A stretch of 64,000 nt of DNA from Kiritimatiellia bacterium (GCA_034003585.1 JAVEYH010000006.1:10177-74176), one strand, 5' to 3'; numbered from the stretch's first letter, positions 20,682 to 29,903 are shown. The notes: generated from the letters alone by a model not told the origin. Translations and numbers: made by a program.

Positions 20682-22672
20682 GGGACCTCCCGTTTGTCCG
20701 GCACGGCGCGTTCTCCCGTCTCGAACAGGTTCTTGTAGGTCAAATACACGAACGATCCCAGCACCAGCAGCACGCCGGTGGACAGGAAAGCGATGATCCG
20801 GTAGAGCGTGGCCAGGCCGTCGAGGTCGGAGGCCAGCAGCTTGGTCACGGCCAGCGCGAAGAGCGCCAGCCCGCACCAGCGTAGCCAGCTCCCGCGCAGG
20901 CGGATCCCGGCGAACAGCAGCGCAAAGGCGAAGAGGGTCCAGACCAGCGTCACGGCGCCGCCGCGGAATCCTGGGGCGAACACGCGCGCCAGCAGCCCGG
21001 CCTCCAGCGTGAGCAGCAGCCACACCTGCAACAGCACCAGGCCTGTCACCTTGGCGGCGTGGCGGTACCCGCGCGCCAGACGCCACGCCGCGGTCAGCGT
21101 GACGGGCAGCACGCCGCAGAGCAGCGCGCGCAGCCCCGCCGCCCGCCAGAAGGCGGTGCCGGCCAAGCGCCAGGGGCGCAGCGCGTGATAAAAGCGGTTG
21201 AGATCGAAAAACAGTCCGCGCGCGCAGGCCAGCGCAAAAAGCGCGACGGCCGCTTTGGCGAGAAAGGGCTGTCCGGCGCGTTGCGCGATCCAGAGCATGG
21301 CCAGCGCCTGCAGGCACCAGGCGAAGGTCAGCCAGTGCGATGTCAACATGAAGACCGGGCTCATGGCCAGGAAGACCGCCGCGAACGCGACGAAAAGCGT
21401 GAGCGCGGCGCGGTCCAGCACGGCGCGGCGGATGCAGGCGTAGGCCAGCGCCACGTAGACGGTGGCCACGGCGAGCGCGACCAGCCCGGCGCCCTCGCGT
21501 CCGTAGACCGGCTTGAAGAGCAGAAAGGCCCACGTCCAATAGGTCGCGGCGTTGAGGCTGAGCGCGGTCCATTCAAACGCGCCGGTTTTCCGCTGCGTGC
21601 GCAGATGCAGCACGATCACCGAAAGCAGGTAGAGCAGGTGCACGCCCGAGGTGAAGAGCAGGTCGCGGAAGAGGTCGTCGGCCGCCGCGTGGCGCGAGCA
21701 GAACAGGAACGACAGCCCGTAGGCCGCCAGCATGCCGAGGCCGTTCAGCACCGGCCAGCGGCGCGCCCACGAGATGCCGAGCACGCCAACACCCAGCGCC
21801 AGCACGTACGCATAGAAGAAGAGCGGATTCGCCGAGGAGCCGCCGAGCATCAGCGGCGTGGCGTAGCCGCCGACCACGCCGAGCAGGGCGATGCCGAGCG
21901 ATTGGTAGAGCACCGCGAGGGTCCCGGCCGCGGCGGTCACGCAGGCCATCAGGCCGAAGGCCGCGGGCAGGGGCATCAGGTGATAGAGGATCGAAGCCGC
22001 ATAGAAGGCGAAATAGAGCGTCACGAAGCCGGTGCCCGCGAGGCCCTGGCCCAGCAGGTGATACTTTTTGAAGAGCAGGCGCAGGCCCGAAACGATCAGC
22101 GCCACGCCGGCCGCCAGACTCAGGGCCACGCGCCCGAGCGGGCCCATCAAGCCCCTCTCGATCGAATACTTGAGGAAAAAGGCGACGCCCGCGAGCACGA
22201 TCAGGATGCCCGCGCGCAGCAGCCAGTGGGTCGCCGCCGCATACTCCCACGATTCGCCGGGTTTGCGGTACGCCTCGCCGATGGTGAACCAGTTCCATGC
22301 CTGGGCCACGGCCCGCTCGACCGCATTCGGCTCAGACGGCGCGGCCGTCGCCGTGCGCGCGGGCTGCGTCTCGGGAACCGCCAACCGTTCAGGCTCCGCG
22401 CGCGGTTGCGGCGGCGCGGACGGCGGTTGAGGCGCAGGCGCGGGCTTCACATCCGCTTCGGCGGCAGATGCGGCAACGGCCGGCACGCTTGCCGCAGGCG
22501 GCGCAGGCTTTCCGGGCTCCTTGGCCATCCGCCCTTCCATCCGGATCAGCCGCCGCTGCAGGTCTTCCATGCCGCGGCACAGGCCCGACACGCGGATCAG
22601 CAGGATGAGAGGAACCACAAAGAAGATCGCGACGACTCCCAGCCCGATCGCCAACGTAAAAAATTCATTCAT
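20678..22672 (-). CDS. DUF2339 predicted multi-pass membrane protein
   Basis: WLLRAGILIVLAGVAFFLKYSIERG...GGYATPLMLG...YRIIAFLSTGVLLVLGSFVY, typical of DUF2339. Confidence 0.8.
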   Translation of the reverse strand: MNEFFTLAIGLGVVAIFFVVPLILLIRVSGLCRGMEDLQRRLIRMEGRMAKEPGKPAPPAASVPAVAASAAEADVKPAPAPQPPSAPPQPRAEPERLAVPETQPARTATAAPSEPNAVERAVAQAWNWFTIGEAYRKPGESWEYAAATHWLLRAGILIVLAGVAFFLKYSIERGLMGPLGRVALSLAAGVALIVSGLRLLFKKYHLLGQGLAGTGFVTLYFAFYAASILYHLMPLPAAFGLMACVTAAAGTLAVLYQSLGIALLGVVGGYATPLMLGGSSANPLFFYAYVLALGVGVLGISWARRWPVLNGLGMLAAYGLSFLFCSRHAAADDLFRDLLFTSGVHLLYLLSVIVLHLRTQRKTGAFEWTALSLNAATYWTWAFLLFKPVYGREGAGLVALAVATVYVALAYACIRRAVLDRAALTLFVAFAAVFLAMSPVFMLTSHWLTFAWCLQALAMLWIAQRAGQPFLAKAAVALFALACARGLFFDLNRFYHALRPWRLAGTAFWRAAGLRALLCGVLPVTLTAAWRLARGYRHAAKVTGLVLLQVWLLLTLEAGLLARVFAPGFRGGAVTLVWTLFAFALLFAGIRLRGSWLRWCGLALFALAVTKLLASDLDGLATLYRIIAFLSTGVLLVLGSFVYLTYKNLFETGERAVPDKREVP

Positions 22673-22746
22673 TGCCGGACTCCTTGAACACTGCGGTTGG
22701 GAATCACTTTAGGCTGTCTGTACCTGGGCATCAAGGCGGAAAAGCG

Positions 22747-23604
22747 TTATGGGTGCGGATTCGGCAAACCGGAATCCGCACCCATCTGATCGGGGCGGCA
22801 TGTCCCCAGCGCGAGCAGGCCGTAAAAAGTGTGCTCGGTGTCGCCCTGCGCGGCAACGGGAGACGCTCCGAAAAGGCCATCACCCATCCAGCACGCCTCG
22901 ATGAAGGCCAGGTCTTCCGCACGCGACGCTTCCGTGCCGGGATTTTTTGCGGGGGATGCGAGCCTCCCCAAGGCGAACCGCGCCACCGCCGTGGCGAGCA
23001 GGTCGGGCGGTATGCCGGGGGCGGAGGCGTAGCCTCCGGCAACGTGATGACGCGCGGCCAGGGCGGCGGCGTGCGGGGCGGTGTCCCGGTCTGCGAGCGC
23101 GGCCAGCAGCACGCCCGCGGCCAGCCGCGGGGTGGGGCTGTCCTCCGGCGCGGGCGAATCCGGCCGAAGGCGGCGGGCGCGCCAGATCAGGCGCATGATC
23201 CGGCGCGGCCGCAACGGGAGCGTCAGGCTGGCGAGAAAAACGCCGTAGGGATCGCCTGCGCGCCAGAGGCTGGCCCAGCCTGTCAGCACGGCGCGGAAAA
23301 CGGTTCGTTTTTCGACAGCCAACAGCAGTCGCGCGCAGGCGGCGTCAACCGGATTCGCGGCGCGCGTGTGGCGGGCCATCGCGGCGCAGAGTTCGTCGCG
23401 GTCATACGGCGTGCGCAGCGCCCGCAGCGAAAGCCAGCCGAAAAAGGTGTAGTAGGGATCGCTCCGGCCGTCCAGCCCGTTGAAGCCCCCTTGGGCCGCG
23501 CGGCGGTTCGCCAGGCTGCGGACCAGCGTGTTTCGCGCGTCCGGCAGCAACCCGTCGGCGCCGTATGCGGCAAGGCGTTCCAGCGCGTCAAAGAGCGAGG
23601 GCAT
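22747..23604 (-). CDS. Prenyltransferase/squalene-oxidase repeat protein
   Basis: QGGFNGLDGRSDPYYTFFG and GLFGA...DTEHTFYGLLALG repeat motifs. Confidence 0.7.
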   Translation of the reverse strand: MPSLFDALERLAAYGADGLLPDARNTLVRSLANRRAAQGGFNGLDGRSDPYYTFFGWLSLRALRTPYDRDELCAAMARHTRAANPVDAACARLLLAVEKRTVFRAVLTGWASLWRAGDPYGVFLASLTLPLRPRRIMRLIWRARRLRPDSPAPEDSPTPRLAAGVLLAALADRDTAPHAAALAARHHVAGGYASAPGIPPDLLATAVARFALGRLASPAKNPGTEASRAEDLAFIEACWMGDGLFGASPVAAQGDTEHTFYGLLALGTCRPDQMGADSGLPNPHP

Positions 23605-23689
23605 GGGGTGAACCTGAAACGTGCGGAGGGGTGCGATGCGGAGCCTCGGGTTCGACAGCCTCCCGCGGAGCGGAGAAGAGGGAACGGGA

Positions 23690-23724
23690 ACGCTCTACGT
23701 CCAACGCGCAACTCTCAACGCGCA
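23690..23724. repeat. Degenerate heptamer tandem repeat (consensus ACGYNCA, 5 units)
   Basis: acgctct acgtcca acgcgca actctca acgcgca read directly. Confidence 0.75.
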
Positions 23725-23729
23725 AGTTG

Positions 23730-23751
23730 GCGGCGAGTCCGCCGCTTTTTT
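23730..23751 (+). terminator. Intrinsic-terminator-like hairpin on + with no annotated + gene upstream
   Basis: gcggc-gagtcc-gccgc followed by TTTTTT. Confidence 0.45.
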
Positions 23752-23768
23752 GGGGGTGGGGGATGGAC

Positions 23769-23798
23769 AAAAGCCTCTTCCGCGGGTGCGGAAGAGGC
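23769..23798 (-). terminator. Intrinsic terminator of the AsmA-family gene
   Basis: 11-bp stem gcctcttccgc/gcggaagaggc, 4-nt loop, UUUU on the minus strand, ~25 nt after the stop codon. Confidence 0.8.
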
Positions 23799-23822
23799 CG
23801 TGTCCTCAACGGGATTGCGGAA

Positions 23823-24719
23823 TCATTTGCCGAAGGGGTTCAGCTTCTTCAGCTTGTCGGTGGTGGCCTTGGCCGCGTCCGCCGCGCTCTTGGCCGCGTT
23901 CTCCGCGGCCTTGACCGCATCATCCGCCGTCCCGGTCGCTCCGGAAGCCGCGCCCTTCAGCGCGTCCGTCGCGCCTTTCGCCGCATCGCCCGCACCCTTC
24001 AGGGCATCGCTTGCCGCGCCGCCCGCGCCTTTGAGCAAATCCCCGGCCGCGCCCGCCGCGCCGGACACCGCCTTGGAGAGGCCGCTCAACACGCCGTTCA
24101 TGATTTGGGTCAGGGCCTCGGCCGCGGATGCGCCGCCCGATCCCTTGCCGATGTCGCGCACGGTGACGGAGGGGAGGGGGAGGGTGACCGCCTTGCCGAG
24201 GGTAAGGCCCGAGGCGAAGGCGACCTGACCGCTGTTCAGCGTGAACTCCTCAATGATCACTTTTTTTCCGGGTTTCTTTTCGCCTGCCGGGGCTTTGGCC
24301 TTCTCCTCCTCCGAACTCTTCTTGGCGTTCGCCATCATGGCGTCGAAGTTGGATTTTCCGTCCTTGCTCTCGAACGCGATGGCGGGCGCGTCGATTTGAA
24401 TCTTGCGGACCACGATCGTATCGCTCAGCAGCGAGCGCATGTTCAGGCCGACCTCGATTTTTTCCACCGCGAAGGCGTCTTTCGCCGAGTAGCCCTGCGG
24501 ATTGCCGACCTTGACCTGCGACACGGTGAGGTTGCCTGCCAGCGGGTTGAGTTTGACGTCGCCGACCGAGACCGGCACGCCGAGCGCCTTGGGCCCGCCG
24601 ACCGATGCGGCGGTTTTGACGATCGGCCCGATCGTCATCGGCAGCGTCAGCACAAGGGCCAGAACCAGCACCGCGAGCACGATCACGAGGCCGATGAGAA
24701 GTTTCATCAGTTTTTTCAT
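23823..24719 (-). CDS. AsmA/DUF748-family protein with an Ala/Gly/Lys/Asp-rich repeat tail
   Basis: MKKLMKLLIGLVIV.. membrane anchor; GNPQGYSAKDAF, SNFDAMM, KKVIIEEF segments; low-complexity helical C-terminus. Confidence 0.7.
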   Translation of the reverse strand: MKKLMKLLIGLVIVLAVLVLALVLTLPMTIGPIVKTAASVGGPKALGVPVSVGDVKLNPLAGNLTVSQVKVGNPQGYSAKDAFAVEKIEVGLNMRSLLSDTIVVRKIQIDAPAIAFESKDGKSNFDAMMANAKKSSEEEKAKAPAGEKKPGKKVIIEEFTLNSGQVAFASGLTLGKAVTLPLPSVTVRDIGKGSGGASAAEALTQIMNGVLSGLSKAVSGAAGAAGDLLKGAGGAASDALKGAGDAAKGATDALKGAASGATGTADDAVKAAENAAKSAADAAKATTDKLKKLNPFGK

Positions 24720-24807
24720 CGCATGTTTCCTTTCGTCGGATCGGCGGATCCGAAAAGGCCGTTGCCACACGGCACGGCAGTCCCGAATCCGCTTTTCCCC
24801 GATGTGC

Positions 24808-26304
24808 TTACACCGTGTAGGTCGAAGCGGCGGTGTTGCCTCCGCTCTCCGTCCAAATATGATGGTAGAACTCGCCGCGCGGCTTGTCAACACGTTCGTA
24901 GGTGTGCGCGCCGAAATAGTCCCGTTGCGCCTGCAGCAGGTTGGCCGGCAGGCGGGCGCTGCGGTAGGCGTCGAAGTAGTTGAGCGCGGTGCTCATGGCC
25001 GGCACCGGGATGCCGAGATCGACAGCCGTCTTGATGACCGCGCGCCAGGCGTTCTGGGCCTTGGCGATGACCTTTTTGAAGTATGGGTCAAGCATCAGGT
25101 TGGCGAGTTGCGGATCGGCGTCGAACGCCTCCTTGATCTTGCCCAGGAACCGGGCGCGGATGATGCAGCCCTGACGCCACACCAGCGCGATCTCGCCGTA
25201 GTTCAGATCCCATTTGTACTCGGCTGCCGCCGCGCGCAGCAACTGGTAGCCTTGCGCGTACGAGCAGATCTTCGAGGCATAGACCGCCTGTTCGAGCTGT
25301 TTGACGAAAAGCTTTGTGTCGACCTTCGCCTTGGCGGCCGGCCCCTTGAGGACCTTCGCGGCCGCGACACGTTCTTCCTTGATCGCCGAGAGGCAGCGCG
25401 CGAACACCGCCTCCGCGATCTGCGGGATCGCCACGCCCAGATCGAGACCGGCCTGCGAGGTCCACTTGCCCGTGCCCTTCTGCCCGGCCGTATCGAGGAT
25501 CACGTCCACCATCGGCTTGCCCGTCATCTCATCGTACTGCGAGAGGATGTCCGCCGAGATATCGATCAGGTAGCTGTCGAGGTCACCCTTGTTCCACTTG
25601 GCGAAGACCTTCTGCATCTCTTTGGCGCTCATGCCCAGGCCGCGCGCCATCAGGTCGTACGCCTCGCAGGTAAGCTGCATGTCGCCGTACTCGATGCCGT
25701 TATGCACCATCTTCACGAAGTGGCCGGCGCCGTCACTGCCGATCCACGCGCAGCAGGGGGAACCGTCATCCACCTTCGCCGCGATGTCCTGGAAAACACT
25801 CTTCACATGCGGCCACGCCTTGGCATCGCCGCCAGGCATGATCGCGGGGCCCAAGAGCGCGCCCTCTTCGCCGCCCGACACGCCGGTGCCGATGAAACGC
25901 AGGCCCTTCTCAGCCAGATATTTTGTGCGGCGGATGGTGTCGGGGAAATGGCTGTTGCCGCCGTCGATGATGATGTCGCCCTTCTCCAGCACCGGCAGCA
26001 GAGACTCGATTGTCTCGTCCACGGCCTTGCCGGCCTTGACCATCATCATCACGCGGCGGGGCTTCTTGAGGCTTGCGGCCAACTCTTTCAGCGAGTGGCA
26101 GCCGATCAATTTCTTGCCCGCGCCGCGGCCGTCCACGAAGGCGTCGACCTTCGCCACCGTGCGGTTGAAGCAGGCCACGGTGTAGCCCTTGCTCTCCATG
26201 TTGAGAATGAGGTTCTCGCCCATCACCGCCAGTCCGATGAGCCCGATGTCCGCCTTCTTTGTCTTTTTGGCGGCCGGGGCCGCCTTCGTCACTTTCTTCG
26301 CCAT
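24808..26304 (-). CDS. gnd: NADP-dependent 6-phosphogluconate dehydrogenase (decarboxylating)
   Basis: [71 protein letters not shown]. Confidence 0.97.
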   Translation of the reverse strand: MAKKVTKAAPAAKKTKKADIGLIGLAVMGENLILNMESKGYTVACFNRTVAKVDAFVDGRGAGKKLIGCHSLKELAASLKKPRRVMMMVKAGKAVDETIESLLPVLEKGDIIIDGGNSHFPDTIRRTKYLAEKGLRFIGTGVSGGEEGALLGPAIMPGGDAKAWPHVKSVFQDIAAKVDDGSPCCAWIGSDGAGHFVKMVHNGIEYGDMQLTCEAYDLMARGLGMSAKEMQKVFAKWNKGDLDSYLIDISADILSQYDEMTGKPMVDVILDTAGQKGTGKWTSQAGLDLGVAIPQIAEAVFARCLSAIKEERVAAAKVLKGPAAKAKVDTKLFVKQLEQAVYASKICSYAQGYQLLRAAAAEYKWDLNYGEIALVWRQGCIIRARFLGKIKEAFDADPQLANLMLDPYFKKVIAKAQNAWRAVIKTAVDLGIPVPAMSTALNYFDAYRSARLPANLLQAQRDYFGAHTYERVDKPRGEFYHHIWTESGGNTAASTYTV

Positions 26305-26323
26305 GGTCGTTTTTCCTTTGGAT

Positions 26324-26402
26324 TCGAGTGGGTCGAGTAAACCGATTGAATCGAGTCTCGAATCTGCCGAATCTTTCGATTCCCCCGATTCTTTCGATAA
26401 AA
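26324..26402. repeat. Degenerate 9-mer tandem repeat (about 9 units ending TCGA/TCGG on the minus strand)
   Basis: Minus strand reads ttttatcga aagaatcgg gggaatcga aagattcgg cagattcga gactcga ttcaatcgg tttactcga cccactcga. Confidence 0.7.
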
Positions 26403-26413
26403 CCGGCGGCACG

Positions 26414-27271
26414 TCACACGCCGCTGTAGGCCGAGAAGCCTCCGTCGATCGGCACCACCACGCCGGTCACGAAGCCGGCCGCCCGGTCCGAGACCAGCCA
26501 CAGCAGCGCGCCGATCAGGTCGTCCGGCTCGCCGAAATGGCCCATCGGCGTGTGCGCCAGGATCTTTTCGGAGCGCGGGGTCATCGACCCGTCCGGGTGG
26601 GTCAGCAGCGCGCGGTTCTGATCGGTCAGGAAGAAGCCCGGCGCGATCGCGTTGACGCGGATGCCGGCCTTGGCCATGTGCACCGCCATCCACTGCGTGA
26701 AGTTGCTGACCGCCGCCTTGGCCGCGCTGTAGGCCGGGATTTTGGTGAGCGGGCGGAAGGCGTTCATTGAGGAAACGTTGATCACCACGCCGGCCCGGCC
26801 GAGCGCCATCCGTTTGGTAAAGGCCTGCGTAGGCAACAGCGTGCCGAGAAAATTGAGGTTGAAGACGAACTCGATGCCCTTGGGGTCCAGGTCGTAGAAG
26901 GTCACGAAATCGCGGTTCTCCTTCAGCAGGTCATCGGGGTTCAGGTACTCCATGGCGGTCGTGCCTTTGGGATGGTTGCCGCCCGCGCCGTTGATCAGGA
27001 TCGCGACCGGGCCGAGCGTCGCCTCGATCTGCGCGTTGGCCGCTTCGAGACTCTCCTTCTCCAGCGCGTTGCAGGCCACGGCCATGGCCTTGCCGCCCGC
27101 CGCCGTGATCTCGTCCGCCACGCGCTGCGCGGACTCCAGCTTGAGGTCCGCCACGGCCACCGCCGCACCGCATTCCGCCAACGCCTTGGCCATCGCGCTG
27201 CACAGCACGCCGCCACCGCCGGTCACCACCGCCACCTTGCCGCTCAAATCCACCTTAAAGGGAAGCGCCAT
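26414..27271 (-). CDS. uxuB: SDR oxidoreductase, D-mannonate oxidoreductase (fructuronate reductase) type
   Basis: [66 protein letters not shown] match the SDR-type UxuB family. Confidence 0.75.
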   Translation of the reverse strand: MALPFKVDLSGKVAVVTGGGGVLCSAMAKALAECGAAVAVADLKLESAQRVADEITAAGGKAMAVACNALEKESLEAANAQIEATLGPVAILINGAGGNHPKGTTAMEYLNPDDLLKENRDFVTFYDLDPKGIEFVFNLNFLGTLLPTQAFTKRMALGRAGVVINVSSMNAFRPLTKIPAYSAAKAAVSNFTQWMAVHMAKAGIRVNAIAPGFFLTDQNRALLTHPDGSMTPRSEKILAHTPMGHFGEPDDLIGALLWLVSDRAAGFVTGVVVPIDGGFSAYSGV

Positions 27272-27338
27272 GATGCTATCCTTTCCTTAACCATACCCTT
27301 AATCAAACAGAAAACATCGCTCAAGAAGAGGTGAGTGA

Positions 27339-28235
27339 TTATTGCCGTGCTGCTGGCGCGTTCAAAACAACCGCATGCCCCATGTGATTTTCCACGATTT
27401 TGACAGCCGGAGCAGCCGAGAACGTATGCATATATGCATGATGAATGGTCAAAACCAAATCCTGCAAGGCGTTGTCATTTTCTAACATTGAAATTTTCAG
27501 GCCAAATGATTTTGCTTCGTCTGCATGGATGTGCCGCGCATGCATTTTCGTGTCGGCATGATTATTCAACTTGGCGACAATATTTTTTGCCTTAACCGCC
27601 GCATCCTTCTCACCACAAAACATGCCGGTTCTCAGCCATTTCTCAACAATATCACTGGCAAGCTCTATGGCATTCCGACATTCTCCAACGAATGTCGGAT
27701 GATATTTGCCGATAATGACCTGCCATATGGGGATGCTAGCCGGATCTTTTTTGATTGCCTCGATCGCCTCTTGGAATTCAGCGATGACACCGTGTGCGGG
27801 AATCCCTCCGAATTGGGGATCGATCGGACCAATATTTGACTCCTTTCCCATATAGATTTCTCTGCACGCACAGGCGATCATTGTTCCGCCTGACATGGCC
27901 AATTGCGGGATGAAACAGCGAATATTCGTACCGAACATACTATGCAGATAATCCACCATGGATTCGGTCGCCGCAAAATCTCCCCCGGGGGTGTGCAGAA
28001 ACAGATCGAGCCCTTTTGCCCTATCCAAACCGTGTATGGCATTCATGAAGCCGTTTTTATCAAGGTCGGAAATAGAACATACAGCTAGACTCGGCTTCTG
28101 CAACCATCCTGAATAGTAGGTGATAATATTCCGACCCGTGGTCTGATGCAATTGGCTCAAGTATTTTCGACGGACACGATCAAGTCCGCCTTCACACGTC
28201 TGAATCTCATTGAGGACACTTGCCCAGTTTGGCAT
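27339..28235 (-). CDS. SDH-family ClpP-fold serine protease (S49-like)
   Basis: LFLHTPGG, AMSGGTMIACAC (Ser), GPIDPQ (Asp), HARHI (His): Ser-Asp-His order; no signal peptide. Confidence 0.85.
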   Translation of the reverse strand: MPNWASVLNEIQTCEGGLDRVRRKYLSQLHQTTGRNIITYYSGWLQKPSLAVCSISDLDKNGFMNAIHGLDRAKGLDLFLHTPGGDFAATESMVDYLHSMFGTNIRCFIPQLAMSGGTMIACACREIYMGKESNIGPIDPQFGGIPAHGVIAEFQEAIEAIKKDPASIPIWQVIIGKYHPTFVGECRNAIELASDIVEKWLRTGMFCGEKDAAVKAKNIVAKLNNHADTKMHARHIHADEAKSFGLKISMLENDNALQDLVLTIHHAYMHTFSAAPAVKIVENHMGHAVVLNAPAARQ

Positions 28236-28237
28236 AG

Positions 28238-28444
28238 CTAAACTCCCGCGTGGGCGGTTGTCGTGATCGAACAATTCTCAAGGAGCGTGCAACGCTTGAA
28301 CGTGCGAGAAAACTCAAGTGGCGTTGTGTAACTTGTTTTCCCGAGATCCTCCAAACGCAACTGCTTGAATCCCGCAGCTATCTTCGCGTCAGTGAGTTCT
28401 TTTGTCTGGCGCACACATTTGCGTGTCTGACCTTGACGTTTCAT
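28238..28444 (-). CDS. Small hypothetical protein (68 aa), probably co-transcribed with the protease
   Basis: GGAG SD 8 nt before the ATG, stop 2 nt before the protease ATG, promoter upstream. Confidence 0.6.
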   Translation of the reverse strand: MKRQGQTRKCVRQTKELTDAKIAAGFKQLRLEDLGKTSYTTPLEFSRTFKRCTLLENCSITTTAHAGV

Positions 28445-28483
28445 AATCCAAGTCTCCGGTTTTGGTTGCTCATTTTGACACCC

Positions 28484-29800
28484 TTAGGCAATTACGTTGC
28501 TTTCGATCATAGCACCTTCGCCGTTTGAAGTGAATCTCTCCCGCACGGACCAGAGGCCGAGCGCGGGGTTGCTGATGAAGAAAATCTCCTCGCCGTCGGG
28601 CATGACGTTCACGCCGTCCTTCAGGTTTTCGGGATTGTAGCGCGCCATCATCGCCCGCACGTCGGCGTACGCGAAGCCCGCGCCCTCGATTTCCGCGCGC
28701 GTCAGATGCCCCGGCGCGTAGGTGATGGTGAAGCGGCCTTCGGAGGAGCCGTGGATCAGGTGCGCCGCCGCGCCCAGGTTCTCCCGCAGGTCGGCGTTCT
28801 CCTTTACCGCCGCCAGCGTGCGCGGCGTGCCGAAGTAGCCGTACTTGCGGATCAGCGCGTCGATCTGGGCGTCCTCGCCGAACTCTTTCACGCCCGGCGC
28901 GAGGATCAGCAGCTCGCCGCCGTCGGCCATCGCCATGCGCGTGCGGTAGACGGCCTTGTTGCCGAGCCAGGTGCTCTTGAACTCGGCGGGATCGAGGTAG
29001 ACCACGCATTTCCTGAAAGGCTTCGGCACCATCTCGAAGTTGACCTCGAGCGCCAGCGCCGCGGCGCGGTTGAAGACCTCGATGTCGTCGCCGACATAAA
29101 GCCCGCGCACCGCCATACCGCCGCCGTCGGCGCGGCCCACGACCGTCTGCGCGTACACGGTCTGCGGCAGCAGGTGGCCGAAGTGGTCGGAGCCGTAATT
29201 GAAGAGCCGGCGCACCGGCGTGTCGGCGCGCCCCATGATGCGCTCCATGCCGTAGACCGCGCCCACGAAGTGGCTGCGGTTGATCGCCACGGCGCCGCCG
29301 GTGCCCACGAACACGTTTTTGTTGTAGTTGGCCATGCCGATCACCTCGTGCGGCACGACCTGGCCGATCGAGAGGATCAGGTCGAAGCCGCCCTCGACCA
29401 GCAGCCGGTTGACCTGCACCGGCCAGTCGAAGTCCAGCTTGCCTTCCGTGACCTCGCGCACGTACTCCGGCGGCACGGTGCCCAGCGTCACCACATCATT
29501 CCGCCAGTCGTGGGGCTTGAAAAGCGAAAGCGGCATCGCGCCGAACATCTCGCGGAGCTGCGCCCCGGTCATCGGCGAATGGGTCCCCAGCGCCGGCAGC
29601 ACGGCGGCCAGCCGGTCGCCGTAATACTCCCACACGTATTGGGTCAGCAGGCCGGCCTGCGAGTGGAACCGGGTGAAGTCCGGCGGCAGCGCCAGCACCT
29701 TGTTGCGCGGGCCCAGCCGGTCGAGGGCCTCAAAGAGTCCTTGTTTCAGCCGCGTGCGGTCGAGCGCGCCGGACTTCGAGCCGCATTCAAAGTATAACAT
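28484..29800 (-). CDS. LarA-family (DUF2088) alpha-hydroxyacid racemase/epimerase; candidate D-mannonate/D-gluconate 2-epimerase
   Basis: LPPDFTR (DxTR), VVPHEVIGMANYNKN (the PH...K motif of LarA homologs); specificity inferred from the uxuB and gnd neighbours. Confidence 0.75.
   Translation of the reverse strand: MLYFECGSKSGALDRTRLKQGLFEALDRLGPRNKVLALPPDFTRFHSQAGLLTQYVWEYYGDRLAAVLPALGTHSPMTGAQLREMFGAMPLSLFKPHDWRNDVVTLGTVPPEYVREVTEGKLDFDWPVQVNRLLVEGGFDLILSIGQVVPHEVIGMANYNKNVFVGTGGAVAINRSHFVGAVYGMERIMGRADTPVRRLFNYGSDHFGHLLPQTVYAQTVVGRADGGGMAVRGLYVGDDIEVFNRAAALALEVNFEMVPKPFRKCVVYLDPAEFKSTWLGNKAVYRTRMAMADGGELLILAPGVKEFGEDAQIDALIRKYGYFGTPRTLAAVKENADLRENLGAAAHLIHGSSEGRFTITYAPGHLTRAEIEGAGFAYADVRAMMARYNPENLKDGVNVMPDGEEIFFISNPALGLWSVRERFTSNGEGAMIESNVIA
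28506..28534 (-). promoter_or_regulatory. sigma70-type promoter of the small ORF-protease islet
   Basis: Minus strand TTCACT-17 bp-TATGAT with a TG extended -10, lying inside the last codons of the upstream LarA-family ORF. Confidence 0.55.
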
Positions 29801-29903
29801 AAGGCAAACCTTCCATTGAAACGCCGGTTCCAGTGTTGCATAATACCGGTGACGAATCAAGCGTGCGCGGTCAAGACGCGGGCGGAAAAGGGCGGAAACG
29901 GAT

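Larger units (their letters stand above)
27290..28535. other. AT-richer islet (small ORF plus serine protease) inserted in a sugar-acid gene cluster
   Basis: Abrupt composition change (e.g. 26 of 60 bases G+C at 27481-27540, against the strongly GC-rich flanks); boundaries approximate; no transposase or terminal repeats seen. Confidence 0.75.

Noticed and set aside
23640-23665. GGGTTCGAC resembling a tRNA T-arm or tmRNA 5' end
   Set aside because: No matching acceptor stem, D-arm, anticodon arm or CCA end; not enough room for tmRNA.
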